Shown piece after piece: positions 19,009-28,667 of a DNA stretch of 64,000 bases. The DNA comes from Candidatus Kerfeldbacteria bacterium (GTDB lineage: Bacteria > Patescibacteriota > Patescibacteriia > UBA10025 > JAHIVO01), in contig JACROE010000002.1 of NCBI GenBank assembly GCA_016214565.1, positions 536,007 through 600,006 of the forward strand. The letters run 5' to 3'. Made by a program: the position numbers and the translations under genes. Numbering within the stretch: the stretch's first letter is position 1; each line of letters opens with the position of its first letter. The notes under the pieces were generated by a model. That model made no database searches, was not told where the DNA came from, and saw only the letters and a program-made list of their open reading frames with translations.

Positions 19009-19947
19009 ATGTTAGAAATTATCATCGTTATCATCGGGCTGTGCATTTTTGAAATCATTTCCAGCGTGGACAATGCCATTGTTAACGCGCATGTACTGCG
19101 CACCATGCCGGAGAAGTACCGGAAGATTTTCCTTTTCTGGGGGATTTTATTTGCTGTTTTTGTCGTTCGCGGTGTACTGCCATTTATCATAGTGTGGATA
19201 GCTAATCCTACTTTGGGAATTGGCGAAATCATTTCTTCGGCATTCAATCATTCAGAAGAAATTCAGGGATATCTGGAGGCCTCTAAGCCGTTGTTGCTGA
19301 TTGGTGGTGGCACCTATCTCTTCTTAGTATTTATGGCTTGGTTATTTTTGGAGGAAAAAAAGTATGCTTTTTTTGTGGAACATTTTATTCATCGGCAGGG
19401 ATTCTGGTTTTATGCCCTTTCCTCAATTGGCTTAACGACTATTATATTTCTCTCAATGCGGGTCAACCCGATGATGGCCTTAGCCGCGTCAATTGGCGCT
19501 TCCGCTTTTTTCCTGACGGATGGATTTAAGAAGAATGCGGAAGAAAAAGAAAAACAATTGGCAGATCCATCGCTCGGAGCCTGGAGCAAGATTCTTTACC
19601 TCGAGGCATTGGATGCTTCATTTTCTATTGATGGCGTCATCGGCGCGTTTGCCTTTACTTTATCGGTGCCCATTATTATTTTGGGAAATGGATTGGGCGC
19701 GTTCGTTGTTCGAGAAGTTACCGTGCGGGGTATTAATTGGATCGCGAGGTTTGCTTATCTGAAAAATGGTGCTATGTATGCCATCGGCATGCTGGGTGGC
19801 CTAATGGTATTTGAGAGCTTTGGTCATGAGTATCCTTTCTGGCTCGCTCCGCTCAATACCGTACTCTTGCTCAGCATCTTCATGTATTTGTCCTGGCGGG
19901 AGATAAAGATGGCGAAACAGAATCAAACTCCGATTGTTGAGTCATAG
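19009..19947 (+). CDS. integral membrane protein, TerC/DUF475-like
   Basis: Polytopic. N-terminal IIGLCIFEIISSVDNAIVNAHVL motif (SVDNAIV) and a second half with ALDASFSIDGVIGAF, as in the TerC/DUF475 internal duplication. Confidence 0.5.
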   Translation: MLEIIIVIIGLCIFEIISSVDNAIVNAHVLRTMPEKYRKIFLFWGILFAVFVVRGVLPFIIVWIANPTLGIGEIISSAFNHSEEIQGYLEASKPLLLIGGGTYLFLVFMAWLFLEEKKYAFFVEHFIHRQGFWFYALSSIGLTTIIFLSMRVNPMMALAASIGASAFFLTDGFKKNAEEKEKQLADPSLGAWSKILYLEALDASFSIDGVIGAFAFTLSVPIIILGNGLGAFVVREVTVRGINWIARFAYLKNGAMYAIGMLGGLMVFESFGHEYPFWLAPLNTVLLLSIFMYLSWREIKMAKQNQTPIVES

Positions 19948-19987
19948 AATGGTTGGTGTGTGCCGAGTATAAGATATGGCAGTTTTT

Positions 19988-19996
19988 TGGTATACT
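19988..19996 (+). promoter_or_regulatory. extended -10 TGGTATACT, 9 nt upstream of the ispH start
   Basis: ttttTGgTATACTcctattaccATG. Confidence 0.4.
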
Positions 19997-20005
19997 CCTA
20001 TTACC

Positions 20006-21004
20006 ATGAAGATTATACTTGCCCAACCTCGCGGCTTTTGTGCTGGCGTTGATCGCGCCATCGATATTGTTATATTAGCGCTGCAGGTATATGGCGCGCC
20101 ATTATATGTAAAGCATGCCATCGTGCATAATGCACATGTGGTGAGAGATCTGGAAAAGAAGGGCGCGACATTTGTCGAATCAATTGAGGAGATACCGATC
20201 GGCAGCCGGGTTATTTTTAGCGCCCACGGCAGCCCGCCGTCTGATTATGATGCGGCTCGACATCGCTCAATCGAAATCATTGATGCGACCTGTCCACTGG
20301 TGACCAAAGTACATCTTGAGGTCAAGCGCTATGTGAGGGAAGGGTATACGATTATTTTGGTAGGTCACCGTGGCCATGTGGAAATGCGTGGCACCATGGG
20401 AGAGGCGCCGGAGCATACTTATTTGGTTGAAACAATTGAAGATGTCCATGCCCTTGGTTTTTCTAAGGATACAAAGATTGCCGTCCTGACCCAAACTACA
20501 TTATCCGTGGATGATACGGCGACTCTCTTAGTCGAAATAAAGAAGGTATTTCCCCAGGCAATCCTTCCGCCAGCGGCCGATATCTGTTATGCCACCACCA
20601 ATCGGCAGGCGGCTGCAAAAGCCTTGGCGCGGCAGTGCGATATTGTTTTGGTAATGGGTTCAATCACCAGCTCGAATACCAATCGGTTAGTAGAGGTCGT
20701 CCGTGCAATTGGCACACCAGCCTATCGCATTGATCAGGTATCGGAGATTCAGCCTGAGTGGCTGTCCGCTCCTATGCGGGTAGGCATTACTTCGGGCGCT
20801 TCAGCACCCGAGTCAATCGTGCAGGCAGTGGTTGACCGATTGCGATCAACGTATGGAGCAACGGTTGAGACATTACCTGTTATTGAAGAGCGCGTTTGGT
20901 TTGATATACCGAAAGATTTGAAGGATGTGGCGCATGACCGGGGCATTGACACCGACGTCCTGAGCAAACATACTATTGCACAGGACGCTACGATGAAACG
21001 GTAA
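20006..21004 (+). CDS. ispH: 4-hydroxy-3-methylbut-2-enyl diphosphate reductase
   Basis: MKIILAQPRGFCAGVDRAIDIV, HGSPP, and the conserved Cys positions of IspH/LytB. Confidence 0.9.
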   Translation: MKIILAQPRGFCAGVDRAIDIVILALQVYGAPLYVKHAIVHNAHVVRDLEKKGATFVESIEEIPIGSRVIFSAHGSPPSDYDAARHRSIEIIDATCPLVTKVHLEVKRYVREGYTIILVGHRGHVEMRGTMGEAPEHTYLVETIEDVHALGFSKDTKIAVLTQTTLSVDDTATLLVEIKKVFPQAILPPAADICYATTNRQAAAKALARQCDIVLVMGSITSSNTNRLVEVVRAIGTPAYRIDQVSEIQPEWLSAPMRVGITSGASAPESIVQAVVDRLRSTYGATVETLPVIEERVWFDIPKDLKDVAHDRGIDTDVLSKHTIAQDATMKR

Positions 21005-21023
21005 TTAATAATTTACTAACGCT

Positions 21024-21104
21024 ATGAACAAAAAGCAAAAAGTTGCGCGCAAGAAGCATTCGCGCAAGCAGGGGAAAAAGATTCCTTCCGCCCGCCATCG
21101 CTAG
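21024..21104 (+). CDS. possible 26-aa highly basic peptide (MNKKQKVARKKHSRKQGKKIPSARHR), uncertain
   Basis: Short ORF directly after ispH with no clear SD. It may be a ribosome-associated mini-protein, or noise. Confidence 0.2.
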   Translation: MNKKQKVARKKHSRKQGKKIPSARHR

Positions 21105-21231
21105 TCAAAACCCCTTGATTTTTTAGGTTTTTCGTGCTATAATTGATTATGGTGGTCTACGTACACGCAATAAAAAGTGTGCCAGGACCCAAGTCCTCTA
21201 CTTTGCAAAGGGGGATTCCTCCCGTAAAACG

Positions 21232-21292
21232 AGCCCGCACCGTGCATGGGCAGCAGCGCGAATGTCGCGCATACATGGTGCGGGCTGTTTTT
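21232..21292 (+). terminator. strong intrinsic terminator (long GC-rich nested hairpin plus T-run)
   Basis: AGCCCGCACC...GGTGCGGGCT outer stem, inner GCGCGA-ATG-TCGCGC hairpin, then GTTTTT. Confidence 0.7.
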
Positions 21293-21293
21293 A

Positions 21294-21323
21294 TTGACAA
21301 AGCAGTGCAGTCAATCGTATACT
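21294..21323 (+). promoter_or_regulatory. sigma70 promoter TTGACA-18-TATACT driving the metK leader
   Basis: Immediately follows the terminator. TSS predicted ~21330, about 20 nt before the riboswitch P1. Confidence 0.55.
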
Positions 21324-21348
21324 ACTAATTACATTTACAAATACATAC

Positions 21349-21471
21349 CTTATCAAGAGTGAGCGTAGGGATCTGACCCGATGATGCTCCGGCAACCGCG
21401 AAGCGCCCTGAATGTACTTCAGGGCCATTCAATGGTGCTCCATTCAGACTACAATCGTGTAGGAAGATAAG
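21349..21471 (+). ncRNA. SAM-I (S-box) riboswitch aptamer
   Basis: CTTATCAAGAGtGAGCGTAGGGAtCTGaCCCGATGAtGCTCCGGCAACC ... GGTGCTCCATTCAGAC ... GGAAGATAAG matches the S-box consensus (P1 CUUAUC/GAUAAG, kink-turn, GCAACC, GGUGCUAAUUCC-like). Located upstream of metK. Confidence 0.85.
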
Positions 21472-21487
21472 CATTAGCCTCAAACTT

Positions 21488-21511
21488 TCTCCCTAACGTG
21501 GAGATTTTTTT
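21488..21511 (+). terminator. riboswitch expression-platform terminator
   Basis: TCTCC-ctaacgt-GGAGA followed by TTTTTTT, 25 nt before the metK ATG. Confidence 0.6.
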
Positions 21512-21535
21512 ATTCATTAATGTATAATCATTTCT

Positions 21536-22693
21536 ATGTCCGTACGGAAACTATTTACCTCAGAGTCAGTCACCGAGGGTCATCCCGATAAAGTCTGTGA
21601 TCAAATTTCAGATGCCATTTACGATGCGATGCTGCGCCAAGATCTTGAGACGCACGCTGGCATCGAATGTTTTGCGACCACCGGTCTCGTGATGGTTGGC
21701 GGTGAAGCCCGCACTAGAGCCTACGTGGATATTCAGGATGTGGTTCGTCAGACATTGAAACGGATTGGCTACGATAGTCCTGATTTTGGTTTTTGCTACA
21801 AAGATATTGGCGTTATCAGTACGCTTCATGAACAATCCCCGGATATTGCGCAGGGCGTGGACGAAGGCGCCGGCGAATTCAAAGAGCAGGGCGCGGGTGA
21901 TCAGGGACTCATGTTCGGCTATGCCTGCGATCAGACGCCGGAGCTGATGCCATTGCCGATTTCGCTGGCCCAGCGCTTGGCACGACGGTTGTCAGAAGTG
22001 CGCAAAGACGGCACATTGCCATATTTACGACCTGATGGCAAGTCCCAGGTCAGCGTTGAATATATTGATGGCAAACCTTCTCGGGTAACGGCCGTGGTGA
22101 TTGCCGCACACCATGCGGAAAGTGTAGAAATGGAAACATTGCGTAGAGATATTACCGAGCAGGTGATTAAGCCCGTCCTCGGCGAATGGTACACTGCCGA
22201 AACTCAAATGTTTATTAATTCGACGGGTAAGTTTGTGATTGGTGGTCCTCCGGCAGACACTGGTTTGACTGGTCGTAAAATTATCGTCGATACGTATGGT
22301 GGCTACGCCCCTCATGGCGGTGGTTGTTTCTCGGGGAAATGCATTACCAAGGTTGATCGCAGCGCTGCCTACGCCGCTCGGTACATCGCCAAGCATGTGG
22401 TAGCTGCTGGATTGGCACGTGAATGTTTAGTGCAGCTGGCGTATTCTATCGGTGTAGCCAAACCTGTTTCGATCATGGTTGATACCAAGGGGACCGGCAC
22501 CATACCGGATGCGGAGATTGAGGCGCTGGTTGAGAAGCATTTTCCCGTGAAACCGGCAGATATTATTCGTGAACTCAATCTCAAGCAACCTATCTATGAG
22601 CAAACCGCTGCCTATGGCCATTTTGGCCGAACAGATGTGGAGTTTCCTTGGGAGAAATTAGACAAGCTTGACCTGGTACGCCAGAAAAAATAA
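21536..22693 (+). CDS. metK: S-adenosylmethionine synthetase
   Basis: [46 protein letters not shown]-like GGGCFSGKC. Confidence 0.95.
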   Translation: MSVRKLFTSESVTEGHPDKVCDQISDAIYDAMLRQDLETHAGIECFATTGLVMVGGEARTRAYVDIQDVVRQTLKRIGYDSPDFGFCYKDIGVISTLHEQSPDIAQGVDEGAGEFKEQGAGDQGLMFGYACDQTPELMPLPISLAQRLARRLSEVRKDGTLPYLRPDGKSQVSVEYIDGKPSRVTAVVIAAHHAESVEMETLRRDITEQVIKPVLGEWYTAETQMFINSTGKFVIGGPPADTGLTGRKIIVDTYGGYAPHGGGCFSGKCITKVDRSAAYAARYIAKHVVAAGLARECLVQLAYSIGVAKPVSIMVDTKGTGTIPDAEIEALVEKHFPVKPADIIRELNLKQPIYEQTAAYGHFGRTDVEFPWEKLDKLDLVRQKK

Positions 22694-22709
22694 TCATCGG
22701 CTGCAATGA

Positions 22710-22735
22710 GGGCGCGCCTATGGCGCGCCCTTTTT
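22710..22735 (+). terminator. intrinsic terminator after metK
   Basis: GGGCGCGCC-tat-GGCGCGCCC followed by TTTTT. Confidence 0.8.
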
Positions 22736-22774
22736 GGTTAAATTGTTTTTTTAGGCTGGTGCCAGTATACTGAT

Positions 22775-23191
22775 ATGCGTATGAGCAAGGGGATTATTAT
22801 CGTCATTATTATCATGATTGCCGTTGGCGTGGGCGTGTATTGGGTACTTCAGCGTCCTGAGAGCATTGGGATAAATAACGACAATACATTCAGCGCTGGA
22901 GAGATTGTCACTGGTGCCGCTGACTTGCAGATCAAAGCACAGGCAGATAAGGATTTGGCTATTGTCAAGGCTCAGGAATTGTGGCGGAAAGCTTTGCTCG
23001 AGGGGACTGATTTATCCGCTGGTCCTTGCCTGACAAATCAGGCAATACCGGATTGGGTTGCCGATGTTGCTCATAATCCTCGTCAGGCTATTGATGATGA
23101 TCCGGCAAACCAGTGTAGTGCCTATCGTGACGGAACCGTCAGGCATTTTGTGGAAATTGATCTTGCGGGGAATGTGATTCGGGCTGAGTAA
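22775..23191 (+). CDS. membrane-anchored hypothetical protein (138 aa)
   Basis: N-terminal TM IIIVIIIMIAVGVGVYWVL. No recognisable family. Confidence 0.5.
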   Translation: MRMSKGIIIVIIIMIAVGVGVYWVLQRPESIGINNDNTFSAGEIVTGAADLQIKAQADKDLAIVKAQELWRKALLEGTDLSAGPCLTNQAIPDWVADVAHNPRQAIDDDPANQCSAYRDGTVRHFVEIDLAGNVIRAE

Positions 23192-23192
23192 T

Positions 23193-23513
23193 ATGATTCA
23201 CGTCTACATTCACTATCCGAGCCGTGCCGAGGCACGGCGGATCTCAAAGCTCATCCTCCAGCGGCGACTGGCCGCCTGTATTAATTTTATTAAGCAAGAG
23301 GATCTCTACTGGTGGCGGGGTAAGCTTGTTGCAAGTACCGGCGTGATTACGCTCATCGCCACGCAACCACGGCATTATAAAAAAATTGAGCGGTTGGTGT
23401 TAGCGCACCATTCATATGCCATTCCCTGCATTCTTCGCTTACCCGTGTCGCATGCTTTGCCGGCGTACCATCGCTGGCTATTGGCAGAAACTACATTGAC
23501 TGATTCAAAATGA
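23193..23513 (+). CDS. cutA: divalent-cation tolerance protein CutA
   Basis: 106 aa. RRLAACINFI...YWWRG...VITLIATQ...HSYAIPCILRLPV...YHRWL follows the CutA1 pattern (ERLAAC.N.I..YRW.G....KT...HPYE.P.I.LP...YL.W). Confidence 0.7.
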   Translation: MIHVYIHYPSRAEARRISKLILQRRLAACINFIKQEDLYWWRGKLVASTGVITLIATQPRHYKKIERLVLAHHSYAIPCILRLPVSHALPAYHRWLLAETTLTDSK

Positions 23514-24838
23514 TTCACGCAATAAAAACAATAATTCGTGGTTTGTTGCCCCACTCAATTCTCGATGCGTATCATTTAGCGATGGCGCACCTCGGCGCGT
23601 GGTGGTACCGGCACCCGTCGCGCCAGTTGATCGTTATCGGCGTCACGGGCACTAAGGGGAAATCAACAACCGTTGCGCTGATTACGCGCGTGCTTGAGCA
23701 GGCGGGTTTTGCCGTTGGGGTGATCGCCACCACGCATTTCAAAATCAACGATCGTGAATGGGTGAATGAGACGAAGCAGACAATGCCTGGCCGGATGCGG
23801 CTGCAGCGGCTGCTTCGCGAAATGGTGCGCAGCGGTTGTCGTTACGCGATTATTGAGACGTCGTCTGAGGGTTTGGCGCAACACCGACAGGTGAGTATCG
23901 AATACGACGTAGCAGTTTTTACTAATTTATCACCAGAACACATTGAATCACACGGCAGTTTCGAGCAGTATCGCGATGCTAAATTATTGTTGTTCCGTTC
24001 GCTTGCACAACATAAGAATAAATGGATTGCTGGTGAGCGCATTTCAAAAGTAATCGTGGTCAATGGCGATGACGGTGAAGCAGTACGATTTCTCGAGCCA
24101 AGGGCAGACTTGCATTACGCATTTTCAATGCACGCCGACCAACCAATCGCGGCTCGGGTTGATTCTTTTGTTCTCGCGCACCAGGTTAGATTATTTGATG
24201 ACCATAGCGAATTCATTATTGATCATCAGCTCTTCCGTCCCTGGTTGATTGGCGCTCATAATGTTGCGAATTGCATCGCGGCTACTTCAGTTGGTGTATC
24301 TCAGCACATTCCTATAGGCATCATCAGCGAAGCATTGGGACAGAATGTACAGATACCAGGACGGATGGAGGAAATACCGAACGATCGCGATGTCCGAATT
24401 TTTGTTGACTATGCTCATGAGCCCGCATCATTGGAGGCGATCTATCGTGCGGCGCAATTACTCAAGCCAAAACGGTTGATTGCCGTACTGGGTTCGCAGG
24501 GAGGCGGTCGCGACAAAGCTAAGCGGCCAGTCTTAGGTCGGCTCGCCGGCCAGTATGCTCACTGTGTCATAGTGACCAACGAGGACCCCTATGATGAGAA
24601 TCCACAAGATATCATTGATGAGGTGGCGGCAGGGGCGATGGAAGCAGGCAAGCGGCTCGATATTGATTGTTGGAAAATAATTGATCGGGAGCGTGCGCTC
24701 AAGGCAGCACTCGATCTCGCCACGGCAGGCGATATGATACTGGTAACGGGTAAGGGCAGTGAAACAGTGATGGCGGTGGCTGGAGGGAAGCTAGTCCCCT
24801 GGGATGATCGGACTGCATTAAAAAAGCTTCTGTCGTAA
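23510..24838 (+). CDS. Mur-ligase family protein (MurE/MurT-like) with P-loop near the N-terminus and no separate N-terminal domain
   Basis: VIGVTGTKGKSTT P-loop at residue ~45. FTNLSPEHIESHG and DYAHEP motifs of Mur ligases. 442 aa. Confidence 0.6.
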   Translation: MIHAIKTIIRGLLPHSILDAYHLAMAHLGAWWYRHPSRQLIVIGVTGTKGKSTTVALITRVLEQAGFAVGVIATTHFKINDREWVNETKQTMPGRMRLQRLLREMVRSGCRYAIIETSSEGLAQHRQVSIEYDVAVFTNLSPEHIESHGSFEQYRDAKLLLFRSLAQHKNKWIAGERISKVIVVNGDDGEAVRFLEPRADLHYAFSMHADQPIAARVDSFVLAHQVRLFDDHSEFIIDHQLFRPWLIGAHNVANCIAATSVGVSQHIPIGIISEALGQNVQIPGRMEEIPNDRDVRIFVDYAHEPASLEAIYRAAQLLKPKRLIAVLGSQGGGRDKAKRPVLGRLAGQYAHCVIVTNEDPYDENPQDIIDEVAAGAMEAGKRLDIDCWKIIDRERALKAALDLATAGDMILVTGKGSETVMAVAGGKLVPWDDRTALKKLLS

Positions 24839-25067
24839 GTGAGTAAAAGTTACCAGTCCGGTGTCAAAACCTGTCTTTTTGTTTGCTTTATTTTTGAGGC
24901 AAATGAAGAAGTCGGGAAATTTCTTTGGTTTTGAGGGGTTCAGCATTAGAATTGTGGATAACTTGTGGGTGACTTTATTTAAAAACCCCAATATTTTTAT
25001 TTGTGGCGCTCATCCTTTGGCTAATAGTAGTGTATATTTGACATATTTAGTTCAATCTGCTTGAAAC

Positions 25068-25096
25068 TTGACACGACTTAGGGCATCTGTTACTAT
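25068..25096 (+). promoter_or_regulatory. sigma70 promoter TTGACA-17-TACTAT upstream of rpoB
   Basis: aaacTTGACAcgacttagggcatctgtTACTATccg, with a 120-nt leader carrying small hairpins. Confidence 0.5.
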
Positions 25097-25217
25097 CCGA
25101 TGTACATATCCATACGGAGACGTCAAAATATTCGATGACGTTTAGATACAAATCATAACAATTGAGCCAAAGTTTCAACCTCTTTCACACGTGAAAGGGT
25201 GGGGAGTGTCTATTTTT

Positions 25218-28200
25218 ATGTCTACGCCACAACCAATCGTAGCGCATCTCGAGCGCAAACGCTTTACGAAAATGGCCGCGACGGCCGAATTGCCTAATCT
25301 GATTGAGGCGCAGCGCCGCTCCTATGAATGGTTCCTGAAAGAAGGGTTGAAAGAATTATTTGAAGAAGTTTCCCCGGTGAAAGATTTCATCGGGCGTGAT
25401 TTGGAATTATATTTTTTAGATTACTATCTCGACGAACCGCGCTTTGATGAATGGAAAGCTAAAGATAAAAATGTTACCTTCGAAGCACCATTACGCGTCG
25501 AGACGAAGTTGGTTAATAAGAAAACTGGTGAAATTAAAGAGCAAGAGGTCTATTTGGGCGACTTCCCCTTAATGACTGATCGCGGCACTTTCATTATTAA
25601 TGGCATTGAGCGTGTTGTGGTGAGCCAGCTGATCCGTTCGGCTGGTGTTTTTTTCACTTCAGAAATTATTCGAGGCCGGACGTACTATGGCGCGAAGATT
25701 ATTCCGAATCGTGGCGCATGGCTCGAAATCGAGACTGATGCGAATAATGTAATTTCTGTAAAAATTGATCGCAAACGTAAAGTGCCAATCACCTCGTTGC
25801 TTCGTGCTTTTGGCTATGGCACTGACGAAGAATTGCAACGTTTGTTCGCCGCCGTTCCGGTCGAAGACAATGTTGACTATATCGCCGCGACACTGGCTAA
25901 GGATTCCGCCCGCAATGAAGCAGAGGGTTTACGAGAAGTGTACAAACGCATTCGTCCGGGTGATCTCGCTACGGTGGATAATGCGCGCGAATTAATTTAC
26001 AAAATGTTTTTCTCATTTGATCGCTATGACTTCGGTCGCGTCGGTCGCTACAAATTGAATCAGCGTTTTGGATTCAATTTTCCGAATACAAAAGAATATC
26101 GCGTCTTGCAAAAAGAAGACGTGGTAGCGATTATTTCCGAAATTATCAAATTGAACAATTCACAGAAAGAGGCAGACGACATTGATCATCTGGGCAACCG
26201 TCGGGTTCGTGCTATTGGTGAATTAGTTCAAAATAAATTCCGTATCGGTTTGGCTCGCATGGAGCGCATTGTCAAAGATCGGATGAGCACCATGGATATC
26301 AATACCTTAACGCCGAACCAATTGATTAATGCGCGTCCGATCATCGGCTCAATCAAGGAATTTTTCATGTCATCTCAGCTGTCTCAGTTTATGGATCAAA
26401 CCAATCCCTTAGCTGAATTGGAGCACAAGCGGCGGTTGTCTGCCATGGGTCCTGGCGGTCTCTCTCGGGAGCGCGCCGGATTTGACGTGCGTGATGTGCA
26501 TCGCACCCACTATGGTCGCATTTGTCCCATCGCCACTCCGGAAGGACCAAACATTGGTTTGGTGGGGCACTTATCGTGTTACGCTCGCGTGAATGAATTT
26601 GGGTTTATCGAAACGCCATTCCGCAAAGTAATTCATACAGTTGAAAATAAAGCCGCTCAGACAGAAGGAGAGATTTTACGTGAACCGGTCAAAGCCGCTG
26701 ACGGTTCGGTTGTCGGCAAAGCAGGCGAGACGATTACTAAGTCATTAGCCACCGCGCTTGAGAAAACTGGTGTGGCTACGATTGCCGTCAAACCACACGC
26801 TACCAATGAACTCCTTTACCTGGACGCCTTTGTCGAGGAAAAAGGCGTCACCACTGCTGCGACTACTCCAGTCGATGAGAATGGATATTTCCTGACTGAA
26901 AAAGCCGAGGTACGCCGTCGTGGTGAACCAACCGTTGATTATGTATGGAATATAGATTACATGGATGTGGCGCCCTATCAGATTATCAGTATTACCACCG
27001 CATTGATTCCGTTCCTTGAACATGATGATGCCGTACGCGCCTTAATGGGTTCGAACATGCAACGCCAAGCAGTTCCCTGCGTCATTCCTGATTCGCCATT
27101 GGTTGGAACTGGCGTCGAGTACAAGGCGGCAGTAGATTCTGGCCAAACAATTGTGACTCGCGTCGATGGTACCGTAACCGCGGTCGGTGGCAATGCCGTG
27201 ACCGTCCAGGATCGGAATGGAAAGACGCATAGTTATCGATTGCAGAAATTTGTTCGATCAAATGCCTCCACCTGCATTAACCAGCGTCCCATCGTGAATG
27301 TCGGCCAGGAAGTGAAGGCGGGCGATGTGTTAGCCGATGGCCCAGCCACTGACAAAGGTGAGCTCGCTCTCGGCCAAAATGCTTTAGTTGCATTTATGTC
27401 TTGGGAAGGTGGCAATTACGAAGACGCTATTCTTATCTCTGACCGATTAGTTCAGGCAGATAAATACTCCTCAATTCATATTGAAGATTATACCGTTGAC
27501 GTGCGCGACACCAAGCTCGGGCCTGAAGTAGTTACTCGAGACATCCCGAATATTGGCGAAGAGAAATTGAAGGATTTGGATGATGAGGGTATTGTTCGTA
27601 TCGGGGCGGAGGTTTCCTCAGGTGATATTTTGGTTGGGAAGATAACTCCGAAAGGCGAAACCGAGCTTTCGGCCGAGGAAAAATTACTCCGTGCAATTTT
27701 TGGCGAAAAAGCGAAAGATGTTAAAGACAGCTCACTCTATCTCGAGCATGGAGAACAGGGTAAAGTGGTTGATGTGAAGATTTTTTCCCGTGAGCAGGGT
27801 GATAAATTATCCTCGGGTATCTTGAAATCGATTCAGATTTCTGTGGCTCAGCTCCGCAAGATTCAAGTTGGCGACAAATTAGCCGGACGTCATGGTAACA
27901 AAGGCGTCATCTCACGCATTGTGCCGATCGAAGATATGCCGCACTTGGCCGATGGCACCCCGGTAGATATTATTCTCAATCCGCTCGGCGTTGCTTCGCG
28001 TATGAATATCGGTCAAATTTTGGAAACGCACCTGGGCATGGCCGCACACTATCTAGGTTATAAAGTGGCCACCGCGCCGCTGAATGGTACCGATGAGTCG
28101 ACCATTCGTGAAGAATTAGTCAAAGCAGGCTTCCCCAGCACCGGCAAGATGGAGCTCTATGATGGACGCACGGGAGATAAATTTGATCAGCCGGTGACCG

Positions 28201-28664
28201 TCGGATTTATGTATATATTGAAACTCAACCACATGGTAGAGGACAAGATTCACATGCGGTCAATCGGGCCGTATTCATTAGTTACTCAGCAGCCACTCGG
28301 TGGTAAAGCACAATTTGGTGGCCAACGATTCGGTGAAATGGAAGTTTGGGCGCTGGAAGCATATGGTGCCGCGCATACGCTGCAAGAAATGTTGACGATC
28401 AAATCTGATGATGTGCCCGGCCGTTCGAAAGCTTATGAAGCGATTATTAAAGGTGAACCAATTCGGAAATTGAATATTCCTGAAACATTCAATGTATTAA
28501 TTCGCGAATTAAAGGGCCTGGGCCTCGATGTGGAATTGATTGGTGAAAAACGCGAAGCGGTGGATGATTTCCCTGCTCGCAAACCGATGATGGATGCGGC
28601 GCCTGAAGCACGCAGCGAAGCTGCGCCAGAATCCAAGACCAAAGAAGAGGAGATTAACGAATAA
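25218..28664 (+). CDS. rpoB: DNA-directed RNA polymerase subunit beta
   Basis: Start at MSTPQPI after GGGTGGGGA. Conserved RpoB blocks ([21 protein letters not shown], etc.). Confidence 0.97.
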   Translation: MSTPQPIVAHLERKRFTKMAATAELPNLIEAQRRSYEWFLKEGLKELFEEVSPVKDFIGRDLELYFLDYYLDEPRFDEWKAKDKNVTFEAPLRVETKLVNKKTGEIKEQEVYLGDFPLMTDRGTFIINGIERVVVSQLIRSAGVFFTSEIIRGRTYYGAKIIPNRGAWLEIETDANNVISVKIDRKRKVPITSLLRAFGYGTDEELQRLFAAVPVEDNVDYIAATLAKDSARNEAEGLREVYKRIRPGDLATVDNARELIYKMFFSFDRYDFGRVGRYKLNQRFGFNFPNTKEYRVLQKEDVVAIISEIIKLNNSQKEADDIDHLGNRRVRAIGELVQNKFRIGLARMERIVKDRMSTMDINTLTPNQLINARPIIGSIKEFFMSSQLSQFMDQTNPLAELEHKRRLSAMGPGGLSRERAGFDVRDVHRTHYGRICPIATPEGPNIGLVGHLSCYARVNEFGFIETPFRKVIHTVENKAAQTEGEILREPVKAADGSVVGKAGETITKSLATALEKTGVATIAVKPHATNELLYLDAFVEEKGVTTAATTPVDENGYFLTEKAEVRRRGEPTVDYVWNIDYMDVAPYQIISITTALIPFLEHDDAVRALMGSNMQRQAVPCVIPDSPLVGTGVEYKAAVDSGQTIVTRVDGTVTAVGGNAVTVQDRNGKTHSYRLQKFVRSNASTCINQRPIVNVGQEVKAGDVLADGPATDKGELALGQNALVAFMSWEGGNYEDAILISDRLVQADKYSSIHIEDYTVDVRDTKLGPEVVTRDIPNIGEEKLKDLDDEGIVRIGAEVSSGDILVGKITPKGETELSAEEKLLRAIFGEKAKDVKDSSLYLEHGEQGKVVDVKIFSREQGDKLSSGILKSIQISVAQLRKIQVGDKLAGRHGNKGVISRIVPIEDMPHLADGTPVDIILNPLGVASRMNIGQILETHLGMAAHYLGYKVATAPLNGTDESTIREELVKAGFPSTGKMELYDGRTGDKFDQPVTVGFMYILKLNHMVEDKIHMRSIGPYSLVTQQPLGGKAQFGGQRFGEMEVWALEAYGAAHTLQEMLTIKSDDVPGRSKAYEAIIKGEPIRKLNIPETFNVLIRELKGLGLDVELIGEKREAVDDFPARKPMMDAAPEARSEAAPESKTKEEEINE

Positions 28665-28667
28665 CCT

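Noticed and set aside
21105-21293. SRP RNA or 6S RNA immediately upstream of the metK riboswitch
   Set aside because: There is an AGCAGC motif but no GNRA-capped helix 8 with the symmetric/asymmetric loops. It has no 6S-like central bubble with closing stems. It is interpreted as a 3' UTR/terminator region of uncertain status.
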